DNA of 32,000 nt, taken from contig NZ_CP010904.1 in the NCBI RefSeq assembly GCF_001017655.1, positions 2,520,001 through 2,552,000 on the forward strand, written 5' to 3'. The notes beneath the pieces are model-generated. The model did no database searches, was not told where the DNA came from, and saw nothing but the letters and a program-made list of their open reading frames with translations. Shown one piece after another: positions 1-6,707 of this stretch (the stretch's first letter is position 1; each line of letters starts with the position of its first letter). A program made the translations under genes and the position numbers. Source of the stretch: Kiritimatiella glycovorans. Lineage in GTDB: Bacteria > Verrucomicrobiota > Kiritimatiellia > Kiritimatiellales > Kiritimatiellaceae.

Positions 1-481
1 CATCATGCGCCGAGCGCTCAGGCCGGAACCCATGGGAGCAGTCCTTGAAGTCAGCTTCAAAGATCGGTTCCAATATCAGAACCGTAGCGGTCTGCACGAC
101 CCGATCCCGCACCGAGGGTATTCCCAAGGGACGGAGTTTCCCGTTCACCTTCTGGATGTAGACCCGCCGCACTTTTCCAGCACGGTAGGTTCGATCCTTC
201 AGGCTGCGTTCAATATCCGCCAAGAAGGCTTCGACTCCTCCTTGACTCTGTTCGATGTCCTCGATGGTCACACCATCGGGGCCTTCTTTTCCGCCGTTAG
301 CGCGTACATGTTTCCATGCCGCCAGCAGAGTGTCGGCCCGGCCAATGTGGCCATAGAGACTGTAGAAGCGAAACCGCTTCTCCTGTTTGGCCTTCTGACT
401 CAGCTTCTGTCTCAGCGCGGCGAGTTTCGGCGGCAAGAGTCTGTCGTCAATGCGATAGTACTCCGTCGCTTCTTCTGTCAT
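1..481 (-). CDS. Group II intron reverse transcriptase/maturase, N-terminal 160 aa (partial)
   Basis: Absent from the ORF track because it has no stop inside the window. My translation from the ATG at 481-479 is [160 protein letters not shown]. It contains the classic RT-0/1/2 blocks of bacterial group II IEPs (RPLGIPxxxDRVVQ, SxGFRPxRSxHD). Confidence 0.9.
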   Translation of the reverse strand, partial: MTEEATEYYRIDDRLLPPKLAALRQKLSQKAKQEKRFRFYSLYGHIGRADTLLAAWKHVRANGGKEGPDGVTIEDIEQSQGGVEAFLADIERSLKDRTYRAGKVRRVYIQKVNGKLRPLGIPSVRDRVVQTATVLILEPIFEADFKDCSHGFRPERSAHD

Positions 482-971
482 AGGTTTCACCAATCAGTCC
501 CCCGCGCTTCTTACTCAGCTCGTCTTCCGCCGAGACCCCTTCGCTCCACGGGCATTACCCCGCTTCATCACTACTACGAGCCTCTCCGACTCCCGCACGC
601 GATCACCCCCGAGGTTATTGATTCCCCCACGGGCTTGTCGGCTTACCCGACATCACGGCGGGCCTCCCAAGTTCCTGGCTGTTCTTTCTGCGCGCGCCGT
701 CTCTTGTTACCCCGGAGGGCCTTGCCGGTGCATATGACCGTTCCTTCCCGACAAGTGCTGGCTTCATCATATCCGATAGGCTGGCCGCCCTCGGCTTGTG
801 TAACGAGGCTGAATCAAGTTCGCTTTCGCTACGGCTCGCGCGTTCGCCTTCCCAGGCTTCGACGCCGGGGTTACCCCCGATCACCGCTGGGTCGGCTACA
901 TATGCAACGATCAATTCACACGACTGACTCCTTTCATTCAGTTAGAAACAGCCAAGCTTTGCTTGGCGCAC
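1..971 (-). mobile_element. Group II intron, 5' part (ribozyme domains I-IVa plus start of the intron-encoded protein); continues past the left edge
   Basis: The minus strand from 971 reads GTGCGCCAAGCAAAGCTTGGC..., matching the group II 5' GUGYG consensus. About 490 nt of ORF-free, stem-rich sequence follows. It ends in a DIVa-like segment (GCUCGUAGUAGUGAUGAAGCGGGGUAAUGCCCGUGGAGCGAAGGGG, similar to the IEP-binding region of Ll.LtrB as I recall it) just before the RT ATG at 481. Domains V/VI and the 3' exon are off-window. Confidence 0.85.
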
Positions 972-1193
972 CGGATGGCACCGATAGCACGGATATGTTT
1001 AAAATCACGATCGGGATCGGACTCGGGCTTCACCACAGGTCACAGAACACATGATTCGCGCTCGTACGCGCACTCGGAACGCCGCAGGCGCGATCCTTTT
1101 TCCAGTCCAGGAAATCGACTACGAGCACCGCTTCGCTGAGTACGAGTACGATTATGATATTTAGCCGGGGGTCCCGATGTTGAACTCAGGAAG
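972..1193 (-). repeat. Dispersed intergenic repeat family A, copy A1 (interrupted at 971/972 by the group II intron)
   Basis: The minus strand reads CTTCCTGAGTTCAACATCGGGACCCCCGG..AATATCATAATCGTACTCGTACTCAGCGAAGCGG..GGATCGCGCCTGCGGCGTTCCGAGTGCGCGTACGA..ATCCGTGCTATCGGTGCCATCCG. By eye this is collinear with copy A2 at 8144-8353. Confidence 0.8.
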
Positions 1194-1221
1194 ACCTCGG
1201 TGAGAGGAACGGGAGACGCGC

Positions 1222-3141
1222 CTACTCGAACGCGTTGTCCGCAGTGGTGATCCGGAAGCAGGAACCGTCGATGTCGAGCGCCTGGCCCTCGGGCTCCACA
1301 AACCGGTTGTCCACGATCAGGGTGTCGTAACACCCGTTACGCATACGGATCATCGTGCGGTTCCCGTGGGTCGGGGTACCGAACACACAGTCGGAGATGA
1401 TGCCCCAGTAGGTTTCATCCATGTCGAGGTCGACGTACGGATACGCGCTGTTCCCGGTCATTCCGACAAACTGGCAGCTCGTAATCTGATAGAGCTTGCG
1501 GTGCTCCATGAGAATCCCGGTATCCCGGCACCGGAACCGGCAACCATCGATCATCAGCCCCGGTTCATGGCCTTTGTCGTAGATATGCAGTCCGATGCGA
1601 CAGCTCTCTACCGAACAGCCGATATACGTCCCGCCTTCCGGCGCGCCGGCGGGATCGGAATTGTCGCAGGAGATCCCGGTGTGCGCGGAGTAGACCTCAC
1701 AGTCCTGCATTGCGGGACCGTAACAGTTGTCGTAGACGATCCCCTTCTGCATCGCGAACAACGGCGAGCTGTCGGTGAGGTTGGTACTGACCCCGGGGCC
1801 GTAGGGGCCGGCGACATTCACTCCCTGAAGCAGCGGGCGCCAGACCCCGAAGGCATTGATCCCGATGTCGAAATAATCCTCGGACGGATCCGCACTGCGA
1901 ATATCGACGGCCTCCATGATCAGGGCACGGGCATGAACATTGCCGCCGGGTGCGGACCAGAAGTCGAACGCCGTCCCCGCGCCGGGGCGGTCGGCGAGTA
2001 CGGTCATATCGCGCACCGTGATCTGTGATCCGCGCCGGTCGGAAACGACCCGGAACACGCCGCCCGTGCCCGTGGCATAAATCGTGGTCACGCCGATTCC
2101 CTGACCGCGCAATGTGAGCCGGCAGCTATCCATCCGGCGGGAGGCGCAGGTGCCGACGTGATAATCGCCCGCCGGGATGTGCACGATCCCGCCGCCGTAC
2201 GCCAGCGCGCCGTCGAGCGCCGCCTGGAAGGCCGCACTGTCGTCGGTGTCATCATTGGGCGCCGCGCCGTAATCGGTCACGTCATAGATCCCGGGTTCAC
2301 CGGGCGGCTCGGTCGCTAGCGCAAAGCGGTCGCGCGCGGCGGAGGAGATGCGCACCTCGTCGAGTTCGCGGAGGTAGTACTGCGAGCCGTCCCATGAACC
2401 GACATGGATCTCGTTCGTGGTCGCGCCGGTGAAGCTGTTGAGGTCGCGATACGAGTGGTCACCGCCGAGGCGGGTTCCCGCACGCAGGCCCGGCTCGCCG
2501 TACTCGGACGCGGGATCGACATAGAAGCGCACCACGCTGTCGTCGCCGCCCCCGTCTCCCTCATAGGTCACGGCGAGATGGTACCACTGATCCTCGTCGA
2601 AATCGTACGTATCAGAGGTGATCGCGCGATAGTTTCCTCCGACCACGGCGCCGAAACGCAGGGAGCCCCCCTGGAGGCCGAAGAGGATCGCCTCTCCGTC
2701 GGCTTGAAGCCGCATCAATCCGCGCTGATACCCGTCGCTCTCGTCGTGCCCGTGAATCCAGCACTCGAGCGTGAACGACTGTTCGTTGAACGCACTGAAG
2801 TCCACGCCGCTCGTCCGGTAGAACTGCCGGTCGGTCTGGAGCGACGCCGCGCCATCGAGTCCCGCCGGACCGAAGAAGTCGAGGAACGGCGAGGCGGGCG
2901 TCGTGAACAGATCGTTTCCGTTTCCGGAGGAATCCGCCACCACGCCCGACGTCGTGCTCGCCGTTCCGGGCGGCTCGTCGAGATGGTAGAGCGCGAACGT
3001 GTCCGCATCCGTGACGTAGGGGGTGACCTCCGCCCCCGCCGGAGAGACGGCGAGAAGGAGCCATAAAAGAAAAACCCGGCCGGCAAAGCCGGTCGGGTTT
3101 TTCGAACGGGTCGAATCGTGCTGACCCGTCACCGGCGTCAT
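1222..3141 (-). CDS. Secreted LamG (concanavalin A-like lectin/glucanase) domain fused to a right-handed beta-helix (pectate-lyase-fold, Pectate_lyase_3-like) domain
   Basis: 639-aa ORF with a signal-peptide-like N-terminus (FLLWLLLAVSPAGAEV). The LamG-type block runs ..FTLECWIH..WYHLAVTY..LDEVRIS. It is followed by YDVTDYGAAPNDDTDDSAAFQAALDGA..GGIVHIPAGDY, the typical start of tailspike/pectate-lyase-3 beta-helices, and then Cys/Gly/Asp-rich helix repeats. The ATG overlaps the upstream gene's stop (ATGA at 3138-3141). Confidence 0.75.
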   Translation of the reverse strand: MTPVTGQHDSTRSKNPTGFAGRVFLLWLLLAVSPAGAEVTPYVTDADTFALYHLDEPPGTASTTSGVVADSSGNGNDLFTTPASPFLDFFGPAGLDGAASLQTDRQFYRTSGVDFSAFNEQSFTLECWIHGHDESDGYQRGLMRLQADGEAILFGLQGGSLRFGAVVGGNYRAITSDTYDFDEDQWYHLAVTYEGDGGGDDSVVRFYVDPASEYGEPGLRAGTRLGGDHSYRDLNSFTGATTNEIHVGSWDGSQYYLRELDEVRISSAARDRFALATEPPGEPGIYDVTDYGAAPNDDTDDSAAFQAALDGALAYGGGIVHIPAGDYHVGTCASRRMDSCRLTLRGQGIGVTTIYATGTGGVFRVVSDRRGSQITVRDMTVLADRPGAGTAFDFWSAPGGNVHARALIMEAVDIRSADPSEDYFDIGINAFGVWRPLLQGVNVAGPYGPGVSTNLTDSSPLFAMQKGIVYDNCYGPAMQDCEVYSAHTGISCDNSDPAGAPEGGTYIGCSVESCRIGLHIYDKGHEPGLMIDGCRFRCRDTGILMEHRKLYQITSCQFVGMTGNSAYPYVDLDMDETYWGIISDCVFGTPTHGNRTMIRMRNGCYDTLIVDNRFVEPEGQALDIDGSCFRITTADNAFE

Positions 3142-4316
3142 CCTCTCATCCGGCGACGCAGGTAGAACAGGCCGAGCGTCGCGCCGAAGAGACCGAGCGT
3201 GGCCGGCTCGGGAATGGCGGTCGGCAGCAGTTCGTCGCTGTCGTTAATGAACGCGCCCGAGTCGTATCCGTCGAACGTGATCAACGCCAGGTCGTTCGAA
3301 CTCATCGATCCGGTCACGTAGATGTGATCCGACCCGTTGTTCCACTCCATGATCGTCAGGTTGGTCTGAATGGATCCCGACGTCTGATTGCCGAGATTCA
3401 ACACGCCGCCGTCGCCCATCATGATCGTCGCGGAGTCGAAATTTGCAATCTGAAAGGGGGCGATCGAGGCGACCGTCTCGGTGTTTCCGTCGAGATCGAA
3501 CACGCTGTCGCCGTCGCGAAACGCTACATTGATCCCGTTCGCCACCTGTTCATCGTTGCCAAGCCGGAGTGTCCCGCCTAAGAGATGAAGAATGCCCGGA
3601 GCGAAACGGGTGCTGTCGGTGTTGTCGCCGGCTAGCAACACCGTGGCATCCGTCCCAACCTGCACCGTGCCGCCGCCACTCCATGCACCGGTTCCCGTGA
3701 ACTTCAATATGCCGGCACCAGCTCTGTCATGAATTTTGGTCAACTTCGAGGATCCGTCATAGCCACCGCTGATTTCGACATCGCCGGCATAGAGGTAAAT
3801 CCCCAAGCTCGATGAGGAACCTGCCTGCGCGAGACCGCCCGCAAAAACCAGATTCCCACCGCCGTCTGAACTCGCGATGTGTTGATGGTTGGCGTTGTTG
3901 ATCGTATTGAGCACGACCGAGTTTTCAAACGTCTGGGTCCCCGCTCCTCCTCCGGTCCAGCTGATCAATTCGGTGAGCCCAGCATCGGTGCCGCTGCCGT
4001 CGAGGGTCAGTTCAGCTCCGCCGAATCGATACGACACATTCGAGGATGAGGTAGAAGTGGTTTCCTGAAATCTCATTCCGAGCACCGTGTCCGCCGTAGA
4101 CAGATTCACGTTGGTCACCGAGGGCGTCGCATCCACATTATCGCCGCGCAAAAAGGCAAGAGCGTTATTGCTCACCGAATTCCACCAGTTCCCGTCGTTA
4201 TTCCAGTCGTTGTCGCCGGCATCGCCGGTCCATACGTTGTTATATTTATCCGCGCCCATAGCCGTTACGGCCACGAGGGCGAATAATACGACAACCCATC
4301 CCATCATTTTTTTCAT
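3138..4316 (-). CDS. PEP-CTERM-sorted secreted protein with Gly/Asn/Thr-rich beta-helical (autotransporter-passenger-like) repeats
   Basis: 392 aa with signal peptide MKKMMGWVVVLFALVAVTAMGA. The C-terminus IPEPATLGLFGATLGLFYLRRRMRG has the PEP motif, a TM helix and a basic tail (exosortase sorting signal). GGAGGAG SD-like sequence upstream of the ATG. Confidence 0.85.
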   Translation of the reverse strand: MKKMMGWVVVLFALVAVTAMGADKYNNVWTGDAGDNDWNNDGNWWNSVSNNALAFLRGDNVDATPSVTNVNLSTADTVLGMRFQETTSTSSSNVSYRFGGAELTLDGSGTDAGLTELISWTGGGAGTQTFENSVVLNTINNANHQHIASSDGGGNLVFAGGLAQAGSSSSLGIYLYAGDVEISGGYDGSSKLTKIHDRAGAGILKFTGTGAWSGGGTVQVGTDATVLLAGDNTDSTRFAPGILHLLGGTLRLGNDEQVANGINVAFRDGDSVFDLDGNTETVASIAPFQIANFDSATIMMGDGGVLNLGNQTSGSIQTNLTIMEWNNGSDHIYVTGSMSSNDLALITFDGYDSGAFINDSDELLPTAIPEPATLGLFGATLGLFYLRRRMRG

Positions 4317-4447
4317 CGCTATCTCCTCCCTTTCCTGCTCTCAACCCGTCCGGTGGCAATGACCCTTCACCGCCATAGCCACATCGATTCTCAAGGCCAT
4401 GTTAGAGACAATAAAACGCAGCATGCAACAAAAAAACAAAATACTTG

Positions 4448-4467
4448 ACGTTAATTTAACTTAACGT
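4448..4467. promoter_or_regulatory. 20-bp palindrome ACGTTAA-TTTAAC-TTAACGT (operator-like) in the divergent intergenic region
   Basis: Perfect 7-bp inverted arms at 4448-4454 and 4461-4467 in the most AT-rich part of the gap between the PEP-CTERM gene and tRNA-Thr. It overlaps a TTGACG hexamer (4445-4450). I found no good -10 element at a proper distance. Confidence 0.3.
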
Positions 4468-4507
4468 ATGCGGCATATAGAGACAAAGGGATCCGACTCC
4501 CCTCGGC

Positions 4508-4655
4508 GTCAGCGATTCTCATTATGGCTTCACCCTTTTCGGTCGGGGTGGCACCCGACCCTCCCAATGCCCGAAAATGCGTTCGAAATCGACTCGGGAG
4601 GGACGGCTGCCACGCCGTCCGCGGTCGGAATGCAGCCATAATGAGAACTGCTGCC
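4508..4655 (+). ncRNA. Candidate structured RNA, unclassified (strand uncertain)
   Basis: A 14-bp perfect closing helix pairs 4516-4529 with 4634-4647 and extends by about 5 more pairs. Inside it, hairpin 4541-4560 has loop GUGGCA and hairpin 4601-4620 has loop UGCCAC, and the two loops are perfectly complementary. A CUCCC/GGGAG helix (4561-4565 with 4596-4600) lies between them. I recognise no Rfam family. Confidence 0.3.
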
Positions 4656-4718
4656 TCGGCGGTCACGGTCTGGACAAGCGCCTTGATTCTATATAGCCTG
4701 CGGTCTTCCAGGTTTCAG

Positions 4719-4794
4719 GCCAGCGTAGCTCAGTGGCCAGAGCGACTGATTTGTAATCAGTTGGTCGGGGGTTCGACTCCCTCCGCTGGCTCCA
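4719..4794 (+). tRNA. tRNA-Thr (anticodon UGU), CCA encoded
   Basis: The cloverleaf can be read directly. Acceptor GCCAGCG/CGCTGGC, D stem GCTC/GAGC, anticodon stem ACTGA/TCAGT with loop TTTGTAA, T arm GGGGG-TTCGACT-CCCTC, discriminator T, then CCA. Confidence 0.93.
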
Positions 4795-4797
4795 TTC
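4750..4797 (+). repeat. att-like direct repeat, left copy (3' part of tRNA-Thr)
   Basis: Matches 5813-5860 at 47 of 48 positions (offset 1063 bp), with a perfect 42-bp core at 4756-4797. Confidence 0.9.
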
Positions 4798-4849
4798 AGT
4801 TTTGGGGCTTTGCGCTCTTCAGATGCAGGGCCCGGCCGAGACTATGCGC

Positions 4850-4877
4850 TGGCCAATCTGCTCGGCATCGTTATAAT
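4850..4877 (+). promoter_or_regulatory. Sigma70-like promoter TGGCCA-N16-TATAAT
   Basis: A perfect TATAAT sits at 4872-4877 in otherwise GC-rich DNA, with a 4/6 -35 element at 4850-4855. An ATG at 4887 lies only 9 nt after the -10, so the transcript would be leaderless or non-coding. Confidence 0.35.
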
Positions 4878-5013
4878 GCGAAGCACATGAGCGAAGTATA
4901 TGCGGTCGACCTTCAACCACGTGAAAAGCATCCGGACCGGAAGGAACCCGGGGTTCAATGGGTTCTCCCCGGTACTGTGCGTGCTGCGCTCAGGGGGGTC
5001 CTGGAGAAATATG

Positions 5014-5301
5014 ATTGGGGTGGCGGGTCTGACCCTTTCTAACTCTTCATTATGAAGGACTTACATCCCACAGCAATCGGTTTCCTGCCGCTTAGGGCCT
5101 CGATTCCATCGCCGGAAAAGATGTTGTAAGCTCCTCGCGCCTCACGAAGCGTCGCACATTGGGGTGGCGGGTCTGACCCTTTCTAACTCTTCATTATGAA
5201 GGACTTACATCCCACAGCAATCGGTTTCCTGCCGCTTAGGGCCTCGATTCCATCGCCGGAAAAGATGTTGTAAGCTCCTCGCGCCTCACGAAGCGTCGCA
5301 C
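5014..5301. repeat. Perfect tandem duplication, 2 x 144 bp
   Basis: 5014-5157 and 5158-5301 read identically, and ATT repeats again at 5302-5304. Confidence 0.9.
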
Positions 5302-5694
5302 ATTCCCCGACCATACCTCCTTCGGACTCTCGCGAAACGAAACAGAAATTCGCGCTTAAAACTCCGTTTTTGGGGCCCTAACTGACCCCCTAAGACAAAA
5401 CAAGCGATTCCAACGCACGCTTACTCATTCTCTTTGAACCGCTTACGGGGTTCAGACCCCGATTCAGCCGATTCAAAAAATGTAGTGAAGACCTTTGAGT
5501 CGAACTCGAATAAAAATGGCGGTTTTGCCCGCGAACAGCGAAAGACGGGTTACCCCCATCTTTGGACCACGGATCGCTGAAAATAAGGTGGAACCTGCGC
5601 ATCCTGATTCTGAATGCGTTTGCGGCAGATCGGGCTGGATGGGTTTGAGGGCGGGATCGGGTGTGCGGAACGGAATTCGCAGTAGGTGCTGACC

Positions 5695-5718
5695 TTTGTT
5701 ACGGTTTTTGTTACGGTT
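5695..5718. repeat. Tandem 12-mers TTTGTTACGGTT x2 (iteron or arm-site-like)
   Basis: 5695-5706 equals 5707-5718. TTCAGGGG follows at 5717-5724 and again at 5747-5754. Confidence 0.7.
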
Positions 5719-5812
5719 CAGGGGTCGTCTGCGCGTGTCCGGTTGTTTCAGGGGTTTTTGCAAATAGCCTAAACGCAACAGAATAAAGAAGTTATAGTTT
5801 TAAAAGCGTCCT

Positions 5813-5860
5813 TTTGTCATCAGTTGGTCGGGGGTTCGACTCCCTCCGCTGGCTCCATTC
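5813..5860 (+). repeat. att-like direct repeat, right copy (orphan tRNA-Thr 3' half)
   Basis: TTTGTcATCAGTTGGTCGGGGGTTCGACTCCCTCCGCTGGCTCCATTC. The preceding sequence shows no trace of a tRNA 5' half. Confidence 0.9.
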
Positions 5861-5942
5861 CCTGCAGGATGTCGGGGACAGGGAACAGTACGACTGCGCG
5901 AAACAGTTTCTTAAAGACTTCGGATTCAGGCCCATTGAAAAT

Positions 5943-6707
5943 ATGTCTTTGACCGAAAGAACCGCATCGTCATCCAGCACTCACCCGGTCACCGCTCCGC
6001 GGACGGTTCCGCGATGGGCCACGTCGTCGGCGAGCCTCATTACGATCGCGTGGGCGGTCCTCTTCGCGGCGATGGCGCTCGTGAATCCTGCGCTCTGCCG
6101 GCAGATCCTCCAGAAAGACAACCCCGGCATGACAGGGCTGGCGGAAAATCTTACGGTGCTGGTGCTCGTCCCCGGCATCCTGACGGCCGGGTACGTGCTG
6201 CTCCGGCGCCGCAGCCGGCTCCCCTCGCGCGGGTTGCGTCTCTGGCTGCTGGCATGGACCCTGGCATGCGTATATTTCGCGGGCGAGGAGGCCAGCTGGG
6301 GGCAGTGGTACTTCGGCTGGGGAACGCCCGATCCCCTCGCCGCGGTCAACGATCAGTCGGAAACAAATCTTCATAACATGAGTTCATGGATGGATCAGAA
6401 GCCGCGCGCGGCTGTGGAAGTGTTCATAGTCGTGGGCGGCCTGCTGCTCCCGGCCGCTCTCCGGAAGAAGAGAGACCTGCTCCGGCGTCTGCCGCGCCCG
6501 GATCTGGTCCCCTGGCTGGTCGCGCCGGGTTTATGCTGGGCGGCGGCGGGCTACCTCGTGCTGCTTCACGTGGCGGAAGTATTGCCGGGAGCCTTCTTCG
6601 AGCTGCACGACCAGTCGGAGTTGCGCGAACTGGTGATCGCCTGGTTCCTGTCGCTCTACCTCATCTCATACGCGTTCCGAACGGGAGAAACAGTAAGCCG
6701 CACATGA
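5943..6707 (+). CDS. Multi-pass membrane protein of unknown function
   Basis: This is the track ORF 5814-6707 trimmed to the first ATG (MSLTERT...), because the TTG-initiated N-terminus would be translated from the tRNA fragment. It has several hydrophobic helices and a GEEASWGQWYFGW...NDQSETNLHN motif. Its stop overlaps the bioA start (ATGA at 6704-6707). Confidence 0.6.
   Translation: MSLTERTASSSSTHPVTAPRTVPRWATSSASLITIAWAVLFAAMALVNPALCRQILQKDNPGMTGLAENLTVLVLVPGILTAGYVLLRRRSRLPSRGLRLWLLAWTLACVYFAGEEASWGQWYFGWGTPDPLAAVNDQSETNLHNMSSWMDQKPRAAVEVFIVVGGLLLPAALRKKRDLLRRLPRPDLVPWLVAPGLCWAAAGYLVLLHVAEVLPGAFFELHDQSELRELVIAWFLSLYLISYAFRTGETVSRT

Noticed and set aside
5-1054. 349-aa plus-strand ORF from the track
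   Set aside because: It is antisense to the group II intron RT and ribozyme. Its composition is Arg/Pro/Ser/Leu-rich and I recognise no motifs. The opposite strand gives an unmistakable RT sequence.
1069-1073. Alternative group II intron 5' end (GTGCG on the minus strand at 1073)
   Set aside because: This GTGCG lies inside the ...CCGAGTGCGCGTACGA module of repeat family A, which is also present (as CCGAGTACGCGTACGA) in copies A2 and A3 that have no adjacent intron. Collinearity with A2 continues down to 972.
4508-4655. Assignment of the structured element to SRP RNA, 6S RNA, tmRNA, a cobalamin riboswitch or another known riboswitch
   Set aside because: It lacks the SRP GGAA/AGCA motifs, the 6S central bubble architecture, a tRNA-like end and a B12 box. 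The TGGCAC at 4549 is not followed by a TTGC at sigma-54 spacing.
4798-5812. Prophage or integrase-bearing genomic island at tRNA-Thr
   Set aside because: Only about 1 kb lies between the repeats, and none of the six frames encodes anything resembling a tyrosine or serine recombinase or an excisionase. It is therefore reported only as a remnant or non-autonomous candidate.
5814-5942. N-terminal extensions of track ORFs (5814, 6386, 11370, 13257, 27247, 29061)
   Set aside because: The extensions are translated from a tRNA fragment, from the 3' ends of upstream genes or from repeat DNA. Internal ATG or GTG starts give products that begin where the homologous families begin, and several form ATGA stop/start overlaps.
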